64,000 bases of DNA from Klebsormidium nitens (taxonomy: Eukaryota; Plantae; Klebsormidiophyceae): positions 12,876 to 76,875 of the forward strand of contig DF237392.1 of NCBI GenBank assembly GCA_000708835.1, written 5' to 3'. A program made the translations under genes and the position numbers. Below the pieces are notes generated by a model that ran no database searches, was not told the DNA's origin, and was given only the letters and a program-made list of their open reading frames with translations. Below, piece after piece: positions 11,163 through 23,200 of the stretch; positions within the stretch are counted from its first letter, which is position 1, and every line of letters starts with the position of its first letter.

Positions 11163-14100
11163 CTGCAAGCGTCAGTGAACAATGACGTCAAGACAAAGAC
11201 GTCAAAGTTTGGGTTTCTTTACAGCTTTGAAGTCAATGCTGTCAAGACCCTTGTATCGTCTCACCGCCGAACGCCTAGAGTTGTATATGCTGTCGAGACC
11301 CTTGCAGATTTGCTGACATAAACGCGTACATCCTGAGCTATACAGACAACAAGGACGTCAGTATTCTGCTTTGTTTACACTCAGAAGTCTATTTCTTCAA
11401 CAGATCCTCGCACACTCAAACGCCTACCTAAAAAATTGCACCAAAGAGATTTGCCGTTTCTTCGACCCTCGACTTTGGTCCGCATTCCTCTGTTCTCAGC
11501 CGCTCGCTCGGTAGAAGACGTCAAAGGAACGCTTTGAACCTTCAAACATACGACGCAGTCACGGACGACCACAACGCCTTACGCGCTCCGTATCAAACCA
11601 TCTGATAACTGACTTAACCCAGCAATAGACAACAGCCGTGCCAGCATTACGTCGCGACACTCAAACAAGATCCTCTCAAAAAAGATATTACAGACGCTAA
11701 CTTTTCACTGTAGATCTAGAACCTCTCTGTGTTTAGTCGGACAGGCTCAGGCTTCCCCGCCATCCCCGGTTTGCACCAAGGCCCCGCCCAAGCCGCTCCC
11801 GTCGCCCCGGGCCCCTCCGCCGGTCAGAACCCTCGCATCCCCTCCCGCAACAGGGCCTCTTTCCGCTCCCCCTTCTCCCCGCCCGCCCCGCTTCCCTAGC
11901 GGCCCGCGCCAAAGCCGCGGCCGCCCAACGCCGTCCTCTGAGCCGCGGCCGCAATCGCCTCTTTCAAGTTGCGATCAATGCAAGCGCGCACAAGCTCAGT
12001 GTGCTCAAGGCGCCGTTAAACCCCGAGCTGAGCGCGAGCGTCGACGAGGAGCGGCTCCGACGCGACCGTGGAGGCTGAGGCCGCGAGCGCGGCCGCGCGG
12101 ATGAGCGCGTCGGACGCTGCTCCTGCACCCGCCGGAGCCGCAAAGCCCCAAAATGCTGGGCCGCCAGGTGGCTTTCGGCATGCCCGTGCTGTCGCCCCGA
12201 ACTTTCCTGAGCCGTTCGGTTCGAAGTCCTTGATTGAAGCACAGCAGGGGCCGGCGCGGGGTTCAGGCAGAGGTTTGGTTCCGCGCTAGCGGGGGCCGCG
12301 GCATCATCGCCGTGGCCGCCAAAACGGGGCGAATTTGATGTCCTCTTAAAACGTAAGTTTCAGGCAGTTTCAGGCCAGATGCGCAGCTTCAAAGCGGTCG
12401 GGTCTTCTTAAGCTCCAAATGGATCCGGCTCTCCCACTAGTGTGTTTCGCTGCAATTCGGTGTTGCTTCGACCAAATTGAGCGGCGACACGGGCGAGCTA
12501 GTTCTAGATTGCGGAGCAATTACTGTGAGAGCCGGCTCGCAATCTAAAATCAGCTCGCCCGTGTCGCCGCTCGATTCAATGGTCGAAGCAACACCGAATT
12601 GCAACAAAACAAACAAGAGCCGATCAGTGCACCTCGTAACCGCTTTTGTTTTAGCCGGTCAAGGCACGGAGACATCCTTATAATATCAGAAACTCGAAAC
12701 CGTTGTGTGCCGGCGCCAGAAGCTTTTCTTCATGCAAAAAATCTCCTCAAAACCGATGTTTGGCGTCTATCTAGCTAGACTGATGTACCCGAGATGAATC
12801 TTGCTAGCCCTTAACAGTGCCGATTATGCATAAAAGGTCCTCGCCGCAGTTTGTGACGGACGAAGGCCGGAGACTTGTGCGTACCGCTACTTCGACTTCA
12901 ACCGGGCCCGCACCTGCAAGTTGAACCCGGCGCCGCACCTTCAGAAGGGTGGTAAATAATTTTGTCGACCAGATTTCGTTTTGCTTTCCAGACTTCGACC
13001 CTGGTTCATGTAGAAGGCCCGGTGATTCTATAACGATCTCGAAATTGGGTGACTGAAACCGTTTTCATCGAATTGAGGACTAACACTAAGACAAATGGTC
13101 GCCAACGACATACAAGTTCACGTGGGGTTGCACGCGGACGATCCCCTGATTACATTCCGACCATTCGTTGTTGATTTATATGACTGAATCAGCGCACAAG
13201 GCTGATCTTACGAACAAGAAAGTGACCGCATGGTCGATCGACCATTTCATGCAGCTCCAGAATGCCTTGAAGACGGGAGGTTTCCGCATATTTGTGTATA
13301 GCGGCGATGTGATTTCATTGAAGATGCACCGAATCAGATGGGAGTTACAAAGCTACGTAAAGGTACGACATTGATCCCGAGCATAGAGTCCGTGTAATGA
13401 TTGGTAGTATCATGTTGATGCTGATCAGCTCCGCGATGCACAACCCCAAAACACCCAGGTTTTGACTCATGGCTGTTCTTCAGACAGCTAAACTTAGGAC
13501 CAAGACCTCAATTTTTCTACACACAACCGCTTCAGACGTGGATACCGCCCGGAATCAAGCTTATCTAACGTGAAAACTTGCTTAGTCAGCGGGTGTCAGC
13601 TCGTGTTCGATCATAACTCGCACCAATGATAGACTGATGAAGGCAACTCCGTCCGCTGACCGGACAACCTCGGCTCTGTCCAAGCGAAGTCGGCAAATGA
13701 CTTAACATTAAGTACAGAGCAGTTGGAGCTTGGAACTCTTCCAGTCGCTTCATGTCCCTCAAAGTCGAGCTTCATTCTTGCCGTCTCTGTTCTTCTGACG
13801 TCAACCCCGGTCTGTGATCAATGCCAATACCCTTTGCAAGCATTACAAGACACCGCCCGACCATTCTGGTAACTCTCATATCACTTTAGAGGCGATTATC
13901 TCAAACTTTACACGCTCCGCACCCGAACCCACCTAACCACCATGCTGAACCCCCCATCTCCCCAACGCCTGTAGTAAGTCAAATGCCTCTTAAGTGAAAC
14001 GGGACTTACTAGACTGCCACACTCACTTTCATGTCGCGACACGTAATAGAAATAAAACCTAATTAGAAGGTCAAACCAGACACTGAATCCTAACCTATAA

Positions 14101-14204
14101 AAACATCTTGCTCCGCACCCGTACCCACGCCGCACCCCCAAAGTAACCCTACCCGCCCAAGGCTGGTGAGCTGAAGCTTCAAATAGTTGAAGTGTTATTG
14201 CTTC

Positions 14205-17200
14205 TCACTGCCGCCGGTCCACCACAATCTCAATCTCCTGCCCCCTCGTCCCCGCGGGCGCCCCCCGCCCGCCCACCAACACGGTTGGCGCGGACGCCTT
14301 CCGCGAGAGCGTTCTCTGCATCGATCTAGTTGGCAACACGCTGGCTGCGGACATCTTCCTCATGAGGCCGCCCCCTGCGGACGCATTTCTGGGCGACGAC
14401 GCTGCGGACTGCACCGCTTCGACCAGCGACATGGGCGGCGGATTTGCTCTGGGGGGGTCCAGGGGCAGATTTGGCCCAAGGGCCCCGGTCGAAGTGGACC
14501 CCGGCGCGCGCGGGCGCCTGAGGAGCTTCCGGAGCGCGCTGCTCTTCTGAAGCGCCTTGGAGCCCGTCACGCGCGCGTCCTGCGGGGTTTGGAGGGTTTT
14601 GGATTGAGAGCTGTTCCGTCGGCATGCAATTTTGAGACAGTCAAAGCGCTGGCCGCATCTACACGCGTGGGCAATTTCCGGCTGCGTTGCTGGTAGCGCT
14701 GTGCTGCGTCGTGCTTACGTCTTCGAGTTTTGTGGTGATCGATTCATGTATGAAAGTTCAAGGTTTTGCTGCAGCTTGCCCATCGATGAAACGTTCGAGA
14801 GGCTGGATGCGTTTCTTTCCGTTCCTGTAGCTTTGGATCTTGCCCTGGTCCGATGAGCAATCTCCAAAAAGATTCTTGGTCGCACGAAGCAACAGTGCGA
14901 AGTTTCAGAGCTGCGTCTACTACTTCGGCCTCACGGATAACTGTAGCGCTGATTCTGCAGAAGCCTTTCTTTACGAGTTCCCAGAAGGGCTATGTTTCAC
15001 AACAACCATGCTCGACTTGCGAACACAGAGCAAAGCGGAGCGTACGAGAGCGACCAGGTCAAAGCAACCGCGGGCTTACACTGCAGCGTACGCGCCATCC
15101 CCAGCAAGGGCGCGGTAGGCGCTGCCCGACACGGCCTTTCAAGAATGACAGGTCTTCCAAAAACTTGTGCGATGCGAAAACATCCATGTGCCGAATGCAA
15201 ATAACAAAGTTCAGTGCAAAGCGAAGCCCTCGAAGGCAACCGGGGGCTCACCGTCTTGCGCGCAAATGCCAGCGAGGGGCTGGGTAGGCAATCCCCGAAC
15301 CCCCTTTTCAAGAAAAACAATCTTCCAGTATATTCATGTCTCTTTGTCCAAGGTGCGGACGAGAAAAGTCAGTGCAAGCGGAGGGCGCAAATGCGACCGG
15401 GTCAAAGCAAACCGGGGGCTTACCAGCGTGCGCGCAAATGCAAGCGAGGGGCTCGGTAGGCACTCCCCGACCCGGTTGACCCACTCCGCGGGCGCGTCCA
15501 GCGCGCGCACCCACCCGGGGTGCGGTTCCCCTGTCTCCTTGCACTGCGCGACGATGACGTCATAGCGCGTGAAGAGGCGCTGGATGGCGACCTTGACGAG
15601 GTCGGCGAGGAGCCACCACGCGATGACGTACGCCCACGTGATCAGGATGGGCACCCAGCCTGCGGCCACATGGAGCACGCGGTGTGAGCGTATGTTGAAA
15701 GGAATCCATGATCACAGTGGAAAGATTCAATATCGTTCGGAGGAAAGAACATGGTCACGCAGCCCTGTTGCGCACAGTTCAACGAAGCACAGTTTTTGAC
15801 ACACCACACCTTTGATTGAAATCGAAGCCTAGCAGGCAGTCTGGGCGTACGTGTTCGCTTCGAAACGGCGGTACTGAGCACGGCCCTTTTGCAGACTCCG
15901 TCCGAGAAGAAAAGAAGCGTGCTTCGTTCAAGGCGTTACAAGAAAGGCAATGCGTTATGTTTCAAACGTGCTTCTCGCTTCGAGCAACAGAGTAAAAAGG
16001 GATGGACCTGTGTCGAAAACGAAGGGCTTCGCACGATATCGAATCTCGAGAAGCAAGATAGCATTTGATATGTCCGAAGAGAACTGGACATCACAGGAAG
16101 CATCAAAAGCATCCTAGCGTGCGTCTTCAAATCAGGAAGAAAACGCTCTAAGCAGCGCACAGGAGCAAAGAACGAGAGTGATCCCTCACCTGCGCCCTCC
16201 ATGTTCCCGACGCCCCCGTCAGGTGACACGTCAGACGGCCAGTACACCGCAATGAATGTGGCCGCGAGCAGGAACGCGCACATGGGCAGCAACAGGATGA
16301 TGGACGGGCGCGGCGCGGACTTCTGGCCGAAGCGCCAGAAGAACGTGGGGTTGCGGGTCAGCAGAATGTTGAGCTGGATCAGGGCGACCAGCGCCAGGAA
16401 CATGACGGCAACGACCTGCGGGAAATGAGGGGGAGCGTTACGTCAGGTGCGCGTTGCTGTCGCCCTTAGCCGGCCAAGAGAGGGTTTCGTTTGAAGCAAG
16501 GGGAGGTTGATAAGCCAGATCGAACGTATTCGTTTGGAACGACCCAGAAAATGGGTGATGGGGTACGTTCCGCCGAAGCGTGACGTCGCGCGTGATCGCC
16601 GTTGGCAAGCCAGCGAGCAGTCAATCGAAGTCTACCGATTTCCGTTGCTTTCGGTTTTCTGGTCGATTGCAAAGCTGCGCAGGGTTCAGGTAGCTGGAGA
16701 CTACATCAAGCCTTGCCCGCTCCTGGAACTTGACACACCGAGGTTTACAATTTCAATAGCCGTCACTTGTGCTTTGCTCTGCACGACTTGCAGACGAAGC
16801 ACCATCTTCACAAAAACGCTAGATTGAGCGACAGGGCGGCTTTAACCCGCCCAGGCTAGCATTCATGGTTTATTGCAACTACATTTTTCAGTCGCAGAGG
16901 CTAGAGAAGACGGAGCTAGGGAGGGACAAGCTGGGGAAGAAGCCACTGCGTTCCCTAAGGGCGAATGTCGGAAAGCCTTTCGTGCTTCCCATTTTTCCCT
17001 TCTTAATCTTCCGAAATCCTTTTTTAATTGCGGAATTTGCGATTTCGAGTTTCCTAAGGGCAATTGTCGGAAACGCCTTTCATTCTTTTCCATTTACCCC
17101 CTTTTCTTCCTTCTCAATTCCCAGTTTCACACGTAAGAAAAACGAGACTGCAAATGTCGAGAAAAGCTTTTCAATCTTTTACATTTCCCCCTTCATTTTC

Positions 17201-20200
17201 TATCTAGACCCCTTTTCCGATTCGTTCTCACCTGCCCAGGGGTGATCCGCGGGTCTCCCGTCCTCTCCAGCTGATAGCCCGACGGCCACCAGTTGAGTTC
17301 GTCGAGGGACGCGAAGTAGAGGAGCAGAACGGAACCCAGTATTCCGACGGAAGCAATGCCGAGGGCAACCAGCAAGTCCTTGATCATGTTCCACACCATC
17401 GGCCTGTCGGAGCTGTGCACCTGGGTCAAGGCAAAAAACAGTTTGGGTTAAGGCAGGAAGCACTGCGGGTTAACGAAGAGAACAGTGTGGGTTAAGGCGT
17501 AAACCGTGCGGGTCAAGGGAGTGGAGCAAGAAAGGTGAGTTTTGACCCTTGAATAATGGGGTGTGAGAAAAACCACGACAGCGGACTCTTAGAAGATTCC
17601 TTCGCAACTTTCTGCATTTGAAATCATCGGAGGTGCGCAACTGGATTATGCCAAAACAAGAGCTGGAAGGGGGAGGAAGGCTGTGCATCTTGGCATAGCA
17701 ATGAATGGCAGAGCAGAATGAGGTTCAATTACGGCCCGCTAATGCTGATGCCAGTCAGTGCTATGCACGAACTCAGTTACAAAACGCCTGGAGTTAACTG
17801 CTAATTTGTGCTACTGAAAATGTTTTGCCCCGTGGCAGGTTGTAGAGGAAATGGGCCACTTTGAACAGTCCCCCCGGATGCAGTCTTGAGTCACCGACAC
17901 TCACTATTCCTGTTCGAATAATTGGAAATAAAAACTCCTCACAAGCTTGGCGTGCGTACTCTTATGCGGCACGCGCAACCACAAGAGATGAACAAGCATC
18001 CGAGGGAGTCGTCAGATTCGTAATGACATCATGCAACCGTCAGAAGGACCAATCTGGTTTAGCAGCGGCTGACGTACCATGTCGAAGGACGTGGCCATGA
18101 CGGAGAGGTCGTTGAAGAGGCTGATGAGGACCAGCGCCCACGTGGGCATCTCAAACGTCAGCACAATGATGGCGAAGAAGAAGAAGCCCAGGATCAGGAT
18201 GCTGCTCGCCATGCGGTAGATGATGTACGTCTCGAGCCGGCGGAAGATCATGCGGCTCCGCCGGATCGCGGTAATGATGGTGGAAATACCCTCCTGCAAT
18301 TGAGGAGGTGCGTTTGTGTCAGACATTTCACTTGGCCTTGGTCCAAACATCAGTAATACTTAGGTGCAGTTTTCTTCTCAAAGCTCCGGGGGTTGTTTGA
18401 GACTAACAATCGATTTGAACTTGTCTAAACGGATGATCACTTGGGTTAAAAGAATCCAACGCTCCGACTCGAAGGGAAGCCTGCTTGCGGTGTTGACGGT
18501 GGAAATGGCCTCCTGTGCTCAGCACATGCGTTTGTGTCAAACGGACTACTTGTTCGCATTTTGACATCAACAGACTCAGGTGCTACTTTCCTCTCAACGC
18601 TTTCCGGGTCGCGAAAAGAAGCCTGATTATGTGATGGCGCTAGAGGTACCCTCCTGCGACTAAGAACTGCGTTCCCGTCAGTTGGCTCGTTTACCTTTTG
18701 CGTCAACGATATGGTACTGAAACTCTTATAACAATAGACTCCTCGACAAGTCTGTCATCTCCGCACCCTTTTCTTCAGACAAGCGCTGAAGAACAATCCG
18801 TGCCAAACAATCTTCTCAGCCGCTTTCATAACATTAGGACAGCGCGCGCAAGTGCGCGTGTATGTCGATTGATCGATGCAGCAACACAACCCTGCAGCCT
18901 CTAATAGACACCGAACTTTTTGAAACCGCAGCATAAGGAACTAAAACAAATCACCCATGCAGATAGCCTTCCATGAACGAACTCTTCCGCCCATTGAGTG
19001 TTCCACCTCTTGCACCTCTGTCCAGTCCTTCTCAAAGCAGAGTCGCTCGACCATGCCAGATTAAAGCAGTTTGAACACGTCACCTCCGTCAGGATGATGT
19101 CAGCCGCTCCCTTGGCCGCGGCAGTGGCACCCGCAACGGCGATCCCGACGTTAGCCTTCTTGAGCGCCGGGGCGTCGTTCACGCCATCCCCGGTCATGCC
19201 CACCAAGCGGCCCTTGCGCTGGAGCGACTCCACGATGCGGTGCTTGTGCTCGGGGTAAACACCGGCAAAACCGTCGACGTCATCCACCTGTATTCAGGTT
19301 TTAGGGTCAAAGTTTAGGGGTTTGGGGTTTCGTTTTCAGATTTTGAAGTTGAGATTATTGCCTGCCAGACGACCCTTGCGCTGAAGACGATGCGGTGCTT
19401 GTGCTCGGGGTAAACGCCCGCAAAACCTTCGACGTCATCAACCTGAGAACAGATCCTTGGGTTCGGGTTTGGGTTTGGGTATGGGTTTGGGTTTGGGTCT
19501 GGGTTCGAGGTTTTGATCCTAAAATTACTGCCCACCAGGCAGCCCTTGCACCGAAGTGCCTCTATAATGCGGTGCTTCAAGTTTTGCTCCGGGTAAACAC
19601 CCGCGATATCTCGACGTTGTCAACCTGGGTTGGAGAAGTGGGTTAGGATGTGAGGCCCGTGGAGTCTGCGGTTAGATAAGCTGGTGAAGGAATCTGTCGC
19701 GCTTGAGCTTCGCAGGCCATGCACACTAAGACGGAACGTTGGTCACAGCTCCCCCACACAACGGTCCTTGTGAGGTACCCCAGACCATCAACAGTATGTA
19801 CCCAAGGGTTTCAAGGAACAAGCATCCTTGTTTCAAGTTTTCGGGATCAAATCCTTCAGATCAGGAGGCTTCTGGGTTGGGCTTCCAGCTTGGTCAACGC
19901 AGCCGCGCTTCTTTCGCAAGCGTGCCCCTTTGAACCAGGCGTCGCGAGATTGAGATCGGCTTCTTAGACTCTGTAGACTGATCATACAGCGGGTGTGTCG
20001 AACGGAACCCGGAAAGCTGACTGCGCCTCTTACCCGCTCAACAAGGCTCCGCCCGATCTCATTCTCGCCCATGAGCTCCTTTCCTTCCATGATATTGATG
20101 CCCAGGCCAAGCCGGCGGCTGGTTTCGATGGCGATTGCGAGCTGATCCCCAGTCACCATTTTCACCTGGAGAAGAAGATAATGAACTGGCTTAGACATGT

Positions 20201-23200
20201 AAGCAATGACATCATAGCGACGTCACCAGCAGAACCGCCATAATGTTTGGGCCCAGGCCAAGCCGGCGGCTGGTCTCAAATGGTAATCGCGAGCTGGTCC
20301 CGGGTCACCATTTTCACCTGGGGAAGAGAACGGTAATTTGATTTGGTTAGAAAGGCAATGACGTCATACTAGGACTGCCAAACGAGACTGGTGTCATGGC
20401 ACCGCGAGTTGATCTTCGGTCACCATTTTCACCTGAGAAAGCGGTTGGGGAAACGGCTGACAGCAATGACATCATGACGACGTCAGGAGCAGGGTCGCCA
20501 GGGGGCAGCATGAGAGACCCGACTGCGCTGTCCAAGATTCGCACGCGGCTTTCGGGTTGGTTCCACTTCCCTAAACAGATGCTCCGTCGTGTTGATTATT
20601 CAAGGAAGTCTGATCGCACAGACGTCCACGTCTGCATGATGCCGACTCCCTGCGTTCTCAACTGACATGGTAAGGGAGTCTGTATCCTCGCAGTTTAGAA
20701 TTGCGGATTAAGACCCACTGCCTATGAAGGATCAACAACACAGGAGAATGTGCTCTAGCCTTATACCCTGTCATCAGGAAATGGAGAAACATGCGGATCC
20801 TCTGGCCGCTTTGAAGAAGGTCCAAACCAACGAACGGCCTGAACAGCGACATTTTCAAACGTTTCATAGTCAGAGGAGGCTCTGAATCAGGCCAGTGCAT
20901 TCACGCCACATCTTCATGTCGTTTTCGTGCCTCTCATACTGATCAGAAAAACTCAAATTCGAGGCATGTGACATACGGAAACCATCGCAAAAAAACGCAA
21001 CTTTGGCGGAGTCGAAATCGCGTCCGTCTGACACAGTCAGCGAGGTTTGCAGACTCATTCCTTCTGACAAATCAGGAGTCATGATCTGGACATCTCCTCT
21101 CTGGCCAGCTGTGATTACGACCACGTTGTCTTGAAATCCGCTCCAAACGTCTAGGATAGGGCAGCGTCCGTGATGACGTTTGTGGGACTACATTCGACTT
21201 GCCGGCAGAAATTGAGCAGAAAACGCAAAGCGGCTCTAAAGAATATGCTTCGTTTGAAAGATCCGGCAGATCGCACAGCAAGCGCGATCGCAGTAGTCAC
21301 TACATCTTTTCCCCCTTACCTCGACCCCCATCTCCTGCGCTGTCTTGATGGTCGCCGCAGAGTCCGTCCTAGGGGGGTCCAGCAGACTGATAAGCCCAGT
21401 CAGCGTCCACCCCCCCGTGCCGTCGGCGGATTTCGCCACCCCCAGGGACCGGAGTCCGCGGCTCCCCCGCTCGGCGATGTAATTGTCGCACGCCTCGCGC
21501 GCCGCGGGGTCGCTCAAAAGGTCGCGGATGATCTGCGATGACGTCATGAAAGGGCGTGAGATACTTCAAACGTTTCCTAGGTATTGTCCCTCGGCCGCAC
21601 TTGCGCTACTGCTTGCTGAGCACCGTGGTTGAATCGGTGCGACAAGCAGGAAATTGTCAATCAAGACTTACACACTGATACAATCACAAATATGTCAAAT
21701 GTTCCCTAATTCTTGCCCATCGGCCGGTCTTGTGCTACCGCTTGCTCAGCACGCTTGTCGAGTCGTTGCAAGAACACAACACTCTGGAAAGGCATTGTCA
21801 AAGAACTCAGTAACGGAATTCTCCGACCGTGCCTTCCCGCTCGCGCGCCTCACAGTCAGCTTAAAAAGCAGTCTCAACGAACACGCGATTCTTGTCAGGT
21901 TAACTCATTGATTTAGTCAAGGAGAAGGTTAGTGACTAACCTGTGGGGCGCCTTTGGTGGTCACCATCTTGGTTCCGTCCGGAAGGGTGACGTGGGCGAC
22001 CGTCTTCTTGTCGACCGGATTGAACGGAACGAACTTCGTCACTTTGTAGCTGGAGACGATCTACGCCTAACCAAGGAAGCGCGATGAGTGCACTGCCTTT
22101 CTATCACGGCAATCCTGTTTATTTTTCAAAAGTCAGTGGGTTTCGGGCGAGAGAGAGGATTTGCAGCCATGCCCAATGGTCATGTTGTGACGGCGATACA
22201 GAAACCACGCTGAAGAAGAATCCTTTGCTGACATCACTTCCGACCAGAAAGTGCTCCGGAAACCCCCGAAGTGCTTCTGGTAGGAACATTGAATACACCG
22301 TACACTCATTTTCAGTTCGAGGACTAAAGAATCTATGAACGCCTTAGGAATCAACGCAATTCTGGATGACTGTGGCAGTCACGTGACGGTCGAACCCAGG
22401 AACATACGCTCTAGACTTGACAAGCTCCCACCCGAACCTTAAGCAGAAACTCAGAAGTGCCTAATCCGCACCTGTACCTACCCTGCACGCGAGAAGGTTA
22501 GCTTATTGCTCCTGCCGCTTAACATCCTTGAATTCGACACTCAAGTAGCTGCGAACGCCTTAAGACTCCACGAAATCCTGGATGAAAGAAAGTCCCACCT
22601 GTTTGTCTCCACCCATCGCTTCAGTCACAGCCTTGTCAATGGCGTCGTTGTGGTCCCACTTCGCCGACAGGGATGCCGTCAGCAGGACGTCATCTTTGGA
22701 GCTGTCCCCCCACGCCAGGATGTCCTCCTTGTCGAGCGTCAGCCGGTTTAGAGTCAATGTTCCGGTCTTGTCGCTGGCCAGAACCTCCATGCCGGAAAGT
22801 TCTTCCAGAGCGGAAAGCCTGCAACGAGCGGAATTGGGGCGCGATCAGTGTCGACGTTCCGGTCCTGTCGCTGGTCAGCTTTTTCATGCCGGAAAGCTCC
22901 TTCAGAGCGGAAAGCCTGCCGCGAGCGGAATGGGAGTGGTGCCGCCACTTCGCAAGGGGTTTCCATAAAAAATCAGAGGCACGCAGTGGATGAATCAGTG
23001 GACTGGGTCAGTAGTAGATAACCGGCCAGATGCTTAGTTGCAATCAGCAGGTGTCGGCTTGGCATGGGAACGAGCAGAAACAGAGGACAATTAGGAGGAA
23101 GGATAAAATGTTGAAGACCCTCGAGCCTGAAGGAATCCAAAACTCCAATGCTGTGGAAAAATTCCGTGATTTCTACCTCTTGAAATACGATACAAGTCTG

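Noticed and set aside
19459-19503. True telomere or interstitial telomere remnant
   Set aside because: It is a short degenerate GGGTTT hexamer tract without the TTAGGG-type core, located in an intron.
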